From: Eledone cirrhosa
Lineage: Eukaryota
Assembly: GCA_964016885.1 (NCBI GenBank)
Contig: OZ024742.1
Coordinates: 202,244,001 to 202,308,000, forward strand
Length of the DNA stretch: 64,000 nucleotides
Reading direction: 5' to 3'
Shown: positions 15,001 through 30,000 of the stretch, in pieces
Position numbering within the stretch: the stretch's first letter is position 1
Layout of the letters: each line of letters starts with the position of its first letter
Translations under genes and position numbers: made by a program
Notes under the pieces: generated by a model
What the model was told of the DNA's origin: nothing
What the model saw: only the letters and a program-made list of their open reading frames with translations
Databases searched by the model: none

Positions 15001-18000
15001 TGTTGGTGTCGTTAATGTTGACGTGGGTGTTGTTATTGTTGGTGTTGGTGTTGTTAATGTTGATGTTGGTGTCGTTAATGTTGACGTTGGTGTTGTTAAT
15101 GTTGATGTTGGTGTCGTTAATGTTGACTTTGGTGTTGTCGATGTTGGTGTTGTTATTGTTGATGTTGGTGTTGTTAATGTTGATGTTGGTGTTGTTATTG
15201 TTGGTGTTGGTGTTGTTAATGTTGATGTTGGTGTTGTTAATGTTGGTGTTGGTGTTGTTATTGTTGGTGTTGGTGTTGTTATTGTTGATGTTGGTGTTGT
15301 TAATGTTGGTGTTGGTGTTGTTGATGTTGGTGTTGTTATTGTTGATGTTGGTGTTGTTATTGTTGATGTTGGTGTTGTTATTGTTGGTGTTGTTATTGTT
15401 GATGTTGGTGTTGTTAATGTTGATGTTGTTGTTGGTGTTGTTATTGTTGATGTTGGTGTTGTTATGTTGATGTTGGTGTTGTTATTGTTGATGTTGGTTT
15501 TGTTATTGTTGATGTTGGTGTTGTTAATGTTGATGCTGGTGTTGTTATTGTTGATGTTGGTGTTGTTAATGTTGATGTTGGTGTTGTTATTGTTGATGTT
15601 GGTGCTGTTATTGTTGATGTTGGTGTTGTTGATGTTGGTGTTGTTATTGTTGATGTTGGTGTTGTTAATGTTGATGTTGGTGTTGTTATTGTTGATGTTG
15701 GTGTTGTTAATGTTGATGTTGGTGTTGTTAATGTTGGTGTTGTTGTTGTTGATGTTGGTGTTGGTGTTGTTATTGTTGATGTTGGTGTTGTTAATGTTGA
15801 TGTTGGTGTTGTTATTGTTGATGTTGGTGTTGTTGATGTTGGTGTTGTTAATGTTGATGTTTGTGTTGTTAATGTTGATGTTGGTGTTATTATTGTTGGT
15901 GTTGGTGTTGTTGATGTTGGTGTTGTTATTGTTGATGTCGGTGTTGTTGATGTTGGTGTTGGTGTTGTTATTGTTGATGTTGGTGTTGTTATTGTTGATG
16001 TTGGTGTTGTTGATGTTGGTGTTGTTATTGTTGATGTTGGTGTTGTTAATGTTGATGTTGGTGTTGTTATTGTTGATGTTGGTGTTGTTATTGTCGATGT
16101 TGGTGTTGTTATTGTTGATGTTGGTGTTGTTGATGTTGGTGTTGTTATTGTTGATGTTGGTGTTGTTAATGTTGATGTTGGCGTTGATATTGTTGATGTT
16201 GGTGTTGTTATTGTTGATGTTGGTGTTGTTATTGTTGATGTTGGTGTTGTTGATGTTGGTGTTGTTATTGTTGATGTTGTTAATGTTGATGTTGGTGTTG
16301 TTATTGTTGATGTTGGTGTTTTTATTGTTGGTGTTGGTGTTGTTATTGTTGATGTTGGTGTTGTTGATGTTGGTGTTGTTATTGTTGATGTTGGTGTTGT
16401 TGATGTTGGTGTTGTTATTGTTGATGTTGGTGTTGTTATTGTTGATGTTGGTGTTGTTATTGTTGATGTTGGTGTTGTTAATGTTGATGTTGGTGTTGTT
16501 GATGTTGATGTTGGTGTTGTTATTGTTGATGTTGGTGTTGTTATTGTTGATGTTGGTGTTGTTGATGTTGGTGTTGGTGTTGTTGATGTTGTTATTGTTG
16601 ATGTTGGTGTTGTTATTGTTGATGTTGGTGTTGTTATTGTTGATGTTGGTGTTGTTGATGTTGATGTTGGTGTTGTTAATGTTGATGTTGGTGTCGTTAA
16701 TGTTGGTGTTGCTATTGTTGATGTTGATGTTGTTAATGTTGATGTTGGTGTTGTTATTGTTGGTGTTGGTGTTGTTGATGTTGATGTTGGTGTTGTTAAT
16801 GTTGATGTTGATGTTAGTGTTGTTAATGTTGATGTTGGTGTTGTTAATGTTGGTGTTGTTATTGTTGATGTAGGTGTTGTTAATGTTGATGTTGGTGTTG
16901 TTATTGTTGATATTGGTGTTGTTGATGTCGATGTTGGTGTTGTTAATGTTGATGTTGATGTTAGTGTTGTTAATGTTGATGTTGGTGTTGTTAATGTTGA
17001 TGTTGGTGTTGTTATTGTTGGTGTTGTTATTGTTGATGTTGGTGTTGTTAGTGTTGGTGTTGGTGTTGTTGATGTTGGTGTTGTTATTGTTGATGTTGGT
17101 GTTGTTAATGTTGATGTTGGTGTTGTTATTGTTGATGTTGGTGTTGTTAATGTTGATGTTGGTGTTGTTAATGTTGATGTTGGTGTTGTTGTTGTTGATG
17201 TTGGTGTTGTTATTGTTGATGTTGGTGTTGTTATTCTTGATGTTGGTGTTGTTATTGTTGGTGTTGGTGTTGTTGATGTTGATGTTGGTGTTGTTAATGT
17301 TGATGTTGGTGTCGTTAATGTTGGTGTTGTTATAGTTGATGTTGGTGTTGTTAATGTTGATGTTGGTGTTGTTATTGTTGATGTTGGTGTTGTTATTGTT
17401 GATGTTGGTGTTGTTATTGTTGATGTTGGTGTTGTTAATGTTGATGTTGGTGTTGTTATTGTTGATGTTGGTGTTGTTAATGTTGATGTTGGTGTTGTTA
17501 TTTTTGATGTTGGTGTTGTTATTGTTGATCTTGGTGTTGTTATTGTTGATGTTGGTGTTGTTATTGTTGATGTTGGTGTTGTTATTGTTGATGTTGGTGT
17601 TGTTATTGTTGATGTTGGTGTTGTTAATGTTGATATTTGTGTTGTTATTGTTGATGTTGGTGTTGTTAATGTTGATGTTGGTGTTGTTAATGTTGATGTT
17701 GGTGTTGTTGATGTTGGTGTTGTTAATGTTGATGTTGGTGTTGTTATTGTTGATGTTGGTGTTGTTATTGTTGATGTTGGTGTTGTTATTGTTGATGTTG
17801 GTGTTGTTATTGTTGATGTTGGTGTTGTTATTGTTTATGTTGGTGTTGTTATTGTTGATGTGGTGTTGTTAATGTTGATGTTGGTGTTGTTATTGTTGAT
17901 GTTGGTGTTGTTATTGTTGATGTTGGTGTTGTTATTGTTGATGTTGGTGTTGTTAATGTTGATGTTGGTGTTGTTATTGTTGATGTTGGTGTTGTTATTG

Positions 18001-21000
18001 TTGATGTTGGTGTTGTTATTGTTGATGTTGGTGTTGTTAATGTTGATGTTGGTGTTGTTGATGTTGATGTTGGTGTTGTTATTGTTGATGTTGGTGTTGT
18101 TATTGTTGATGTTGGTGTTGTTGATGTTGATGTTGGTGTTGTTAATGTTGATGTTGGTGTCGTTAATGTTGGTGTTGCTATTGTTGATGTTGATGTTGTT
18201 AATGTTGATGTTGGTGTTGTTATTGTTGGTGTTGGTGTTGTTGATGTTGATGTTGGTGTTGTTAATGTTGATGTTGATGTTAGTGTTGTTAATGTTGATG
18301 TTGGTGTTGTTAATGTTGGTGTTGTTATTGTTGATGTAGGTGTTGTTAATGTTGATGTTGGTGTTGTTATTGTTGATATTGGTGTTGTTGATGTCGATGT
18401 TGGTGTTGTTAATGTTGATGTTGATGTTAGTGTTGTTAATGTTGATGTTGGTGTTGTTAATGTTGATGTTGGTGTTGTTATTGTTGGTGTTGTTATTGTT
18501 GATGTTGGTGTTGTTAGTGTTGGTGTTGGTGTTGTTGATGTTGGTGTTGTTATTGTTGATGTTGGTGTTGTTAATGTTGATGTTGGTGTTGTTATTGTTG
18601 ATGTTGGTGTTGTTAATGTTGATGTTGGTGTTGTTAATGTTGATGTTGGTGTTGTTGTTGTTGATGTTGGTGTTGTTATTGTTGATGTTGGTGTTGTTAT
18701 TGTTGATGTTGGTGTTGTTATTGTTGGTGTTGGTGTTGTTGATGTTGATGTTGGTGTTGTTAATGTTGATGTTGGTGTCGTTAATGTTGGTGTTGTTATA
18801 GTTGATGTTGGTGTTGTTAATGTTGATGTTGGTGTTGTTATTGTTGATGTTGGTGTTGTTATTGTTGATGTTGGTGTTGTTATTGTTGATGTTGGTGTTG
18901 TTAATGTTGATGTTGGTGTTGTTATTGTTGATGTTGGTGTTGTTAATGTTGATGTTGGTGTTGTTATTGTTGATGTTGGTGTTGTTATTGTTGATCTTGG
19001 TGTTGTTATTGTTGATGTTGGTGTTGTTATTGTTGATGTTGGTGTTGTTATTGTTGATGTTGGTGTTGTTATTGTTGATGTTGGTGTTGTTAATGTTGAT
19101 ATTTGTGTTGTTATTGTTGATGTTGGTGTTGTTAATGTTGATGTTGGTGTTGTTAATGTTGATGTTGGTGTTGTTGATGTTGGTGTTGTTAATGTTGATG
19201 TTGGTGTTGTTATTGTTGATGTTGGTGTTGTTATTGTTGATGTTGGTGTTGTTATTGTTGATGTTGGTGTTGTTATTGTTGATGTTGGTGTTGTTATTGT
19301 TTATGTTGGTGTTGTTATTGTTGATGTGGTGTTGTTAATGTTGATGTTGGTGTTGTTATTGTTGATGTTGGTGTTGTTATTGTTGATGTTGGTGTTGTTA
19401 TTGTTGATGTTGGTGTTGTTAATGTTGATGTTGGTGTTGTTATTGTTGATGTTGGTGTTGTTATTGTTGATGTTGGTGTTGTTATTGTTGATGTTGGTGT
19501 TGTTAATGTTGATGTTGGTGTTGTTGATGTTGATGTTGGTGTTGTTATTGTTGATGTTGGTGTTGTTATTGTTGATGTTGGTGTTGTTGATGTTGGTGTT
19601 GGTGTTGTTGATGTTGGTGTTGTTATTGTTGATGTTGGTGCTGTTATTGTTGATGTTGGTGTTGTTATTGTTGATGTTGGTGTTGTTATTGTTGATGTTG
19701 GTGTTGTTATTGTTGATGTTGGTGTTGTTAATGTTGATATTGGTGTTGTTAATGTTGATGTAGGTGTTGTTATTGTTGATGTTGGTGTTGTTAATGTTGA
19801 TGTTGGTGTTGTTAATGTTGGTGTTGGTGTTGTTGATGTTGGTATTGTTATTGTTGATGTTGGTCTTGGTGTTGTTATTGTTGATGTTGGTGTTGTTGAT
19901 GTTGATGTTGGTGTCGTTAATGTTGACGTGGGTGTTGTTATTGTTGGTGTTGGTGTTGTTAATGTTGATGTTGGTGTCGTTAATGTTGACGTTGGTGTTG
20001 TTAATGTTGATGTTGGTGTCGTTAATGTTGACTTTGGTGTTGTCGATGTTGGTGTTGTTATTGTTGATGTTGGTGTTGTTAATGTTGATGTTGGTGTTGT
20101 TATTGTTGGTGTTGGTGTTGTTAATGTTGATGTTGGTGTTGTTAATGTTGGTGTTGGTGTTGTTATTGTTGGTGTTGGTGTTGTTATTGTTGATGTTGGT
20201 GTTGTTAATGTTGGTGTTGGTGTTGTTGATGTTGGTGTTGTTATTGTTGATGTTGGTGTTGTTATTGTTGATGTTGGTGTTGTTATTGTTGGTGTTGTTA
20301 TTGTTGATGTTGGTGTTGTTAATGTTGATGTTGTTGTTGGTGTTGTTATTGTTGATGTTGGTGTTGTTATGTTGATGTTGGTGTTGTTATTGTTGATGTT
20401 GGTTTTGTTATTGTTGATGTTGGTGTTGTTAATGTTGATGCTGGTGTTGTTATTGTTGATGTTGGTGTTGTTAATGTTGATGTTGGTGTTGTTATTGTTG
20501 ATGTTGGTGCTGTTATTGTTGATGTTGGTGTTGTTGATGTTGGTGTTGTTATTGTTGATGTTGGTGTTGTTAATGTTGATGTTGGTGTTGTTATTGTTGA
20601 TGTTGGTGTTGTTAATGTTGATGTTGGTGTTGTTAATGTTGGTGTTGTTGTTGTTGATGTTGGTGTTGGTGTTGTTATTGTTGATGTTGGTGTTGTTAAT
20701 GTTGATGTTGGTGTTGTTATTGTTGATGTTGGTGTTGTTGATGTTGGTGTTGTTAATGTTGATGTTTGTGTTGTTAATGTTGATGTTGGTGTTATTATTG
20801 TTGGTGTTGGTGTTGTTGATGTTGGTGTTGTTATTGTTGATGTTGGTGTTGTTGATGTTGGTGTTGTTATTGTTGATGTTGGTGTTGTTAATGTTGATGT
20901 TGGTGTTGTTATTGTTGATGTTGGTGTTGTTATTGTCGATGTTGGTGTTGTTATTGTTGATGTTGGTGTTGTTGATGTTGGTGTTGTTATTGTTGATGTT

Positions 21001-24000
21001 GGTGTTGTTAATGTTGATGTTGGCGTTGATATTGTTGATGTTGGTGTTGTTATTGTTGATGTTGGTGTTGTTATTGTTGATGTTGGTGTTGTTGATGTTG
21101 GTGTTGTTATTGTTGATGTTGTTAATGTTGATGTTGGTGTTGTTATTGTTGATGTTGGTGTTTTTATTGTTGGTGTTGGTGTTGTTATTGTTGATGTTGG
21201 TGTTGTTGATGTTGGTGTTGTTATTGTTGATGTTGGTGTTGTTGATGTTGGTGTTGTTATTGTTGATGTTGGTGTTGTTATTGTTGATGTTGGTGTTGTT
21301 ATTGTTGATGTTGGTGTTGTTAATGTTGATGTTGGTGTTGTTGATGTTGATGTTGGTGTTGTTATTGTTGATGTTGGTGTTGTTATTGTTGATGTTGGTG
21401 TTGTTGATGTTGGTGTTGGTGTTGTTGATGTTGTTATTGTTGATGTTGGTGTTGTTATTGTTGATGTTGGTGTTGTTATTGTTGATGTTGGTGTTGTTGA
21501 TGTTGATGTTGGTGTTGTTAATGTTGATGTTGGTGTCGTTAATGTTGGTGTTGCTATTGTTGATGTTGATGTTGTTAATGTTGATGTTGGTGTTGTTATT
21601 GTTGGTGTTGGTGTTGTTGATGTTGATGTTGGTGTTGTTAATGTTGATGTTGATGTTAGTGTTGTTAATGTTGATGTTGGTGTTGTTAATGTTGGTGTTG
21701 TTATTGTTGATGTAGGTGTTGTTAATGTTGATGTTGGTGTTGTTATTGTTGATATTGGTGTTGTTGATGTCGATGTTGGTGTTGTTAATGTTGATGTTGA
21801 TGTTAGTGTTGTTAATGTTGATGTTGGTGTTGTTAATGTTGATGTTGGTGTTGTTATTGTTGGTGTTGTTATTGTTGATGTTGGTGTTGTTAGTGTTGGT
21901 GTTGGTGTTGTTGATGTTGGTGTTGTTATTGTTGATGTTGGTGTTGTTAATGTTGATGTTGGTGTTGTTATTGTTGATGTTGGTGTTGTTAATGTTGATG
22001 TTGGTGTTGTTAATGTTGATGTTGGTGTTGTTGTTGTTGATGTTGGTGTTGTTATTGTTGATGTTGGTGTTGTTATTCTTGATGTTGGTGTTGTTATTGT
22101 TGGTGTTGGTGTTGTTGATGTTGATGTTGGTGTTGTTAATGTTGATGTTGGTGTCGTTAATGTTGGTGTTGTTATAGTTGATGTTGGTGTTGTTAATGTT
22201 GATGTTGGTGTTGTTATTGTTGATGTTGGTGTTGTTATTGTTGATGTTGGTGTTGTTATTGTTGATGTTGGTGTTGTTAATGTTGATGTTGGTGTTGTTA
22301 TTGTTGATGTTGGTGTTGTTAATGTTGATGTTGGTGTTGTTATTTTTGATGTTGGTGTTGTTATTGTTGATCTTGGTGTTGTTATTGTTGATGTTGGTGT
22401 TGTTATTGTTGATGTTGGTGTTGTTATTGTTGATGTTGGTGTTGTTATTGTTGATGTTGGTGTTGTTAATGTTGATATTTGTGTTGTTATTGTTGATGTT
22501 GGTGTTGTTAATGTTGATGTTGGTGTTGTTAATGTTGATGTTGGTGTTGTTGATGTTGGTGTTGTTAATGTTGATGTTGGTGTTGTTATTGTTGATGTTG
22601 GTGTTGTTATTGTTGATGTTGGTGTTGTTATTGTTGATGTTGGTGTTGTTATTGTTGATGTTGGTGTTGTTATTGTTTATGTTGGTGTTGTTATTGTTGA
22701 TGTGGTGTTGTTAATGTTGATGTTGGTGTTGTTATTGTTGATGTTGGTGTTGTTATTGTTGATGTTGGTGTTGTTATTGTTGATGTTGGTGTTGTTAATG
22801 TTGATGTTGGTGTTGTTATTGTTGATGTTGGTGTTGTTATTGTTGATGTTGGTGTTGTTATTGTTGATGTTGGTGTTGTTAATGTTGATGTTGGTGTTGT
22901 TGATGTTGATGTTGGTGTTGTTATTGTTGATGTTGGTGTTGTTATTGTTGATGTTGGTGTTGTTGATGTTGATGTTGGTGTTGTTAATGTTGATGTTGGT
23001 GTCGTTAATGTTGGTGTTGCTATTGTTGATGTTGATGTTGTTAATGTTGATGTTGGTGTTGTTATTGTTGGTGTTGGTGTTGTTGATGTTGATGTTGGTG
23101 TTGTTAATGTTGATGTTGATGTTAGTGTTGTTAATGTTGATGTTGGTGTTGTTAATGTTGGTGTTGTTATTGTTGATGTAGGTGTTGTTAATGTTGATGT
23201 TGGTGTTGTTATTGTTGATATTGGTGTTGTTGATGTCGATGTTGGTGTTGTTAATGTTGATGTTGATGTTAGTGTTGTTAATGTTGATGTTGGTGTTGTT
23301 AATGTTGATGTTGGTGTTGTTATTGTTGGTGTTGTTATTGTTGATGTTGGTGTTGTTAGTGTTGGTGTTGGTGTTGTTGATGTTGGTGTTGTTATTGTTG
23401 ATGTTGGTGTTGTTAATGTTGATGTTGGTGTTGTTATTGTTGATGTTGGTGTTGTTAATGTTGATGTTGGTGTTGTTAATGTTGATGTTGGTGTTGTTGT
23501 TGTTGATGTTGGTGTTGTTATTGTTGATGTTGGTGTTGTTATTGTTGATGTTGGTGTTGTTATTGTTGGTGTTGGTGTTGTTGATGTTGATGTTGGTGTT
23601 GTTAATGTTGATGTTGGTGTCGTTAATGTTGGTGTTGTTATAGTTGATGTTGGTGTTGTTAATGTTGATGTTGGTGTTGTTATTGTTGATGTTGGTGTTG
23701 TTATTGTTGATGTTGGTGTTGTTATTGTTGATGTTGGTGTTGTTAATGTTGATGTTGGTGTTGTTATTGTTGATGTTGGTGTTGTTAATGTTGATGTTGG
23801 TGTTGTTATTGTTGATGTTGGTGTTGTTATTGTTGATCTTGGTGTTGTTATTGTTGATGTTGGTGTTGTTATTGTTGATGTTGGTGTTGTTATTGTTGAT
23901 GTTGGTGTTGTTATTGTTGATGTTGGTGTTGTTAATGTTGATATTTGTGTTGTTATTGTTGATGTTGGTGTTGTTAATGTTGATGTTGGTGTTGTTAATG

Positions 24001-27000
24001 TTGATGTTGGTGTTGTTGATGTTGGTGTTGTTAATGTTGATGTTGGTGTTGTTATTGTTGATGTTGGTGTTGTTATTGTTGATGTTGGTGTTGTTATTGT
24101 TGATGTTGGTGTTGTTATTGTTGATGTTGGTGTTGTTATTGTTTATGTTGGTGTTGTTATTGTTGATGTGGTGTTGTTAATGTTGATGTTGGTGTTGTTA
24201 TTGTTGATGTTGGTGTTGTTATTGTTGATGTTGGTGTTGTTATTGTTGATGTTGGTGTTGTTAATGTTGATGTTGGTGTTGTTATTGTTGATGTTGGTGT
24301 TGTTATTGTTGATGTTGGTGTTGTTATTGTTGATGTTGGTGTTGTTAATGTTGATGTTGGTGTTGTTGATGTTGATGTTGGTGTTGTTATTGTTGATGTT
24401 GGTGTTGTTATTGTTGATGTTGGTGTTGTTGATGTTGGTGTTGGTGTTGTTGATGTTGGTGTTGTTATTGTTGATGTTGGTGCTGTTATTGTTGATGTTG
24501 GTGTTGTTATTGTTGATGTTGGTTTTGTTGATGTTGATGTTGGTGTTGTTAATGTTGATGTTGGTGTTGTTAATGTTGATGTTGGTGTTGTTATTGTTGA
24601 TGTTGGTGTTGTTATTGTCGATGTTGGTGTTGTTATTGTTGATGTTGGTGTTGTTGATGTTGGTGTTGTTATTGTTGATGTTGGTGTTGTTAATGTTGAT
24701 GTTGGCGTTGATATTGTTGATGTTGGTGTTGTTATTGTTGATGTTGGTGTTGTTATTGTTGATGTTGGTGTTGTTGATGTTGGTGTTGTTATTGTTGATG
24801 TTGTTAATGTTGATGTTGGTGTTGTTATTGTTGATGTTGGTGTTTTTATTGTTGGTGTTGGTGTTGTTATTGTTGATGTTGGTGTTGTTGATGTTGGTGT
24901 TGTTATTGTTGATGTTGGTGTTGTTGATGTTGGTGTTGTTATTGTTGATGTTGGTGTTGTTATTGTTGATGTTGGTGTTGTTATTGTTGATGTTGGTGTT
25001 GTTAATGTTGATGTTGGTGTTGTTGATGTTGATGTTGGTGTTGTTATTGTTGATGTTGGTGTTGTTATTGTTGATGTTGGTGTTGTTGATGTTGGTGTTG
25101 GTGTTGTTGATGTTGTTATTGTTGATGTTGGTGTTGTTATTGTTGATGTTGGTGTTGTTATTGTTGATGTTGGTGTTGTTGATGTTGATGTTGGTGTTGT
25201 TAATGTTGATGTTGGTGTCGTTAATGTTGGTGTTGCTATTGTTGATGTTGATGTTGTTAATGTTGATGTTGGTGTTGTTATTGTTGGTGTTGGTGTTGTT
25301 GATGTTGATGTTGGTGTTGTTAATGTTGATGTTGATGTTAGTGTTGTTAATGTTGATGTTGGTGTTGTTAATGTTGGTGTTGTTATTGTTGATGTAGGTG
25401 TTGTTAATGTTGATGTTGGTGTTGTTATTGTTGATATTGGTGTTGTTGATGTCGATGTTGGTGTTGTTAATGTTGATGTTGATGTTAGTGTTGTTAATGT
25501 TGATGTTGGTGTTGTTAATGTTGATGTTGGTGTTGTTATTGTTGGTGTTGTTATTGTTGATGTTGGTGTTGTTAGTGTTGGTGTTGGTGTTGTTGATGTT
25601 GGTGTTGTTATTGTTGATGTTGGTGTTGTTAATGTTGATGTTGGTGTTGTTATTGTTGATGTTGGTGTTGTTAAGGTTGATGTTGGTGTTGTTAATGTTG
25701 ATGTTGGTGTTGTTGTTGTTGATGTTGGTGTTGTTATTGTTGATGTTGGTGTTGTTATTGTTGATGTTGGTGTTGTTATTGTTGGTGTTGGTGTTGTTGA
25801 TGTTGATGTTGGTGTTGTTAATGTTGATGTTGGTGTCGTTAATGTTGGTGTTGTTATAGTTGATGTTGGTGTTGTTAATGTTGATGTTGGTGTTGTTATT
25901 GTTGATGTTGATGTTGTTATTGTTGATGTTGGTGTTGTTATTGTTGATGTTGGTGTTGTTAATGTTGATGTTGGTGTTGTTATTGTTGATGTTGGTGTTG
26001 TTAATGTTGATGTTGGTGTTGTTATTGTTGATGTTGGTGTTGTTATTGTTGATCTTGGTGTTGTTATTGTTGATGTTGGTGTTGTTATTGTTGATGTTGG
26101 TGTTGTTATTGTTGATGTTGGTGTTGTTATTGTTGATGTTGGTGTTGTTAATGTTGATATTTGTGTTGTTATTGTTGATGTTGGTGTTGTTAATGTTGAT
26201 GTTGGTGTTGTTAATGTTGATGTTGGTGTTGTTGATGTTGGTGTTGTTAATGTTGATGTTGGTGTTGTTATTGTTGATGTTGGTGTTGTTATTGTTGATG
26301 TTGGTGTTGTTATTGTTGATGTTGGTGTTGTTATTGTTGATGTTGGTGTTGTTATTGTTTATGTTGGTGTTGTTATTGTTGATGTGGTGTTGTTAATGTT
26401 GATGTTGGTGTTGTTATTGTTGATGTTGGTGTTGTTATTGTTGATGTTGGTGTTGTTATTGTTGATGTTGGTGTTGTTAATGTTGATGTTGGTGTTGTTA
26501 TTGTTGATGTTGGTGTTGTTATTGTTGATGTTGGTGTTGTTATTGTTGATGTTGGTGTTGTTAATGTTGATGTTGGTGTTGTTGATGTTGATGTTGGTGT
26601 TGTTATTGTTGATGTTGGTGTTGTTATTGTTGATGTTGGTGTTGTTGATGTTGGTGTTGGTGTTGTTGATGTTGGTGTTGTTATTGTTGATGTTGGTGTT
26701 GTTATTGTTGATGTTGGTGTTGTTATTGTTGATGTTGGTTTTGTTGATGTTGATGTTGGTGTTGTTAATGTTGATGTTGGTGTCGTTAATGTTGGTGTTG
26801 CTATTGTTAATGTTGATGTTGTTAATGTTGATGTTGGTGTTGTTATTGTTGGTGTTGGTGTTGTTGATGTTGATGTTGGTGTTGTTAATGTTGATGTTGA
26901 TGTTAGTGTTGTTAATGTTGATGTTGGTGTTGTTAATGTTGGTGTTGTTATTGTTGATGTAGGTGTTGTTAATGTTGATGTTGGTGTTGTTATTGTTGAT

Positions 27001-30000
27001 GTTGGTGTTGTTGATGTTGATGTTGGTGTTGTTAATGTTGATGTTGATGTTAGTGTTGTTAATATTGATGTTGGTGTTGTTAATGTTAATGTTGGTGTTG
27101 TTATTGTTGGTGTTGTTATTGTTGATGTTGGTGTTGTTATTGTTGGTGTTGGTGTTGTTGATGTTGGTGTTGTTATTGTTGATGTTGGTGTTGTTAATGT
27201 TGATGTTGGTGTTGTTATTGTTGATGTTGGTGTTGTTAATGTTGATGTTGGTGTTGTTAATGTTGATGTTGGTGTTGTTATTGTTGATGTTGGTGTTGTT
27301 ATTGTTGATGTTGGTGTTGTTATTGTTGATGTTGGTGTTGTTATTGTAGATGTTGGTGTTTTTATTGTTGGTGTTGGTGTTGTTGATGTTGATGTTGGTG
27401 TTGTTAATGTTGATGTTGGTGTCGTTAATGTTGGTGTTGTTAATGTTGATGTTGGTGTTGTTATTGTTGATGTTGGTGTTGTTATTGTTGATGTTGGTGT
27501 TGTTAATGTTGATGTTGGTGTTGTTATTGTTGATGTTGGTGTTGTTATTGTTTGTGTTGGTGTTGTTGATGTTGATGTTGGTGATGTTGATGTTGATGTT
27601 GGTCTTGTTAATGTTGATGTTGGTGTTGTTAATGTTGGTGTTGGTGTTGTTGATGTTGGTATTGTTATTGTTGATGTTGGTCTTGGTGTTGTTATTGTTG
27701 ATTTTGGTGTTGTTGATGTTGATGTTGGTGTCGTTAATGTTGACGTGGGTGTTGTTATTGTTGGTGTTGGTGTTGTTAATGTTGATGTTGGTGTCGTTAA
27801 TGTTGACGTTGGTGTTGTTAATGTTGATGTTGGTGTCGTTAATGTTGACTTTGGTGTTGTTGATGTTGGTGTTGTTATTGTTGATGTTGGTGTTGTTAAT
27901 GTTGATGTTGGTGTTGTTATTGTTGGTGTTGGTGTTGTTAATGTTGATGTTGGTGTTGTTAATGTTGGTGTTGGTGTTGTTATTGTTGGTGTTGGTGTTG
28001 TTATTGTTGATGTTGGTGTTGTTAATGTTGGTGTTGGTGTTGTTGATGTTGGTGTTGTTATTGTTGATGTTGGTGTTGTTATTGTTGGTGTTGTTATTGT
28101 TGATGTTGGTGTTGTTAATGTTGATGTTGTTGTTGGTGTTGTTATTGTTGATGTTGGTGTTGTTATGTTGATGTTGGTTTTGTTATTGTTGATGTTGGTG
28201 TTGTTAATGTTGATGCTGGTGTTGTTATTGTTGATGTTGGTGTTGTTAATGTTGATGTTGGTGTTGTTATTGTTGATGTTGGTGCTGTTATTGTTGATGT
28301 TGGTGTTGTTGATGTTGGTGTTGTTATTGTTGATGTTGGTGTTGTTAATGTTGATGTTGGTGTTGTTATTGTTGATGTTGGTGTTGTTAATGTTGATGTT
28401 GGTGTTGTTAATGTTGGTGTTGTTGTTGTTGATGTTGGTGTTGGTGTTGTTATTGTTGATGTTGGTGTTGTTAATGTTGATGTTGGTGTTGTTATTGTTG
28501 ATGTTGGTGTTGTTGATGTTGGTGTTGTTAATGTTGATGTTGGTGTTGTTAATGTTGATGTTGGTGTTATTATTGTTGGTGTTGGTGTTGTTGATGTTGG
28601 TGTTGTTATTGTTGATGTCGGTGTTGTTGATGTTGGTGTTGGTGTTGTTATTGTTGATGTTGGTGTTGTTATTGTTGATGTTGGTGTTGTTGATGTTGGT
28701 GTTGTTATTGTTGATGTTGGTGTTGTTAATGTTGATGTTGGTGTTGTTATTGTTGATGTTGGTGTTGTTATTGTTGATGTTGGTGTTGTTATTGTTGATG
28801 TTGGTGTTGTTGATGTTGGTGTTGTTATTGTTGATGTTGGTGTTGTTAATGTTGATGTTGGCGTTGTTATTGTTGATGTTGGTGTTGTTATTGTTGATGT
28901 TGGTGTTGTTATTGTTGATGTTGGTGTTGTTGATGTTGGTGTTGTTATTGTTGATGTTGTTAATGTTGATGTTGGTGTTGTTATTGTTGATGTTGGTGTT
29001 TTTATTGTTGGTGTTGGTGTTGTTATTGTTGATGTTGGTGTTGTTGATGTTGGTGTTGTTATTGTTGATGTTGGTGTTGTTGATGTTGGTGTTGTTATTG
29101 TTGATGTTGGTGTTGTTATTGTTGATGTTGGTGTTGTTAATGTTGATGTTGGTGTTGTTATTGTTGATGTTGGTGTTGTTATTGCTGATGTTGGTGTCGT
29201 TATTGTTGATGTTGGTGTTGTTATTGTTGATGTTGGTCTTGTTAATGTTGATGTTGGTGTTGTTATTGTTGATGTTGGTGTTGTTATTGTTGATGTTGGT
29301 GTTGTTATTGTTGATGTTGGTGTTGTTAATGTTGATGTTGGTGTTGTTATTGTTGATGTTGGTGTTGTTATTGTTGATCTTGGTGTCGTTAATGTTGATG
29401 TTGGTGTTGTTAATGTTGATGTTGGTGTTGTTATTGTTGATGTTGGTGTTGTTAATGTTGATGTCGGTGTTGTTATTGTTGATGTTGATGTCGTTAATGT
29501 TGATGTTGGTGTTGTTATTGTTGATGTTGGTGTTGTTATTGTTGATGTTGGTGTTGTTAATGTTGATGTTGGTGTTGCTATTGTTGATGTTGCTGTCGTT
29601 AATGTTGATCTCGGTGTTGTTATTGCTGATGTTGGTGTTGTTATTGTTGATGTTGGTGTTCTTAATGTTGATGTAGGTGTTGTTAATGTTGATGTTGGTG
29701 TTGTTAATGTTGATGTTGGTGTTGTTAATGTTGATGTTGGTGTTGTTATTGTTGATGTTGATGTTGTTAATGTTGATGTAGGTGTTGTTAATGTTGATGT
29801 AGGTGTTGTTAATGTTGATGTTGGTGTTGTTAATGTTGATGTTGGTGTTGTTATTGTTGATGTTGGTGTTGTTATTGTTGATGTTGGTGTTGTTATTGTT
29901 GATGTTGGTGTTGTTAATGTTGATGTTGGTGTTGTTATTGTTGATGTTGGTGTTGTTATTGTTGATGTTGGTGTCGTTAATGTTGATGTTGGTGTTGTTA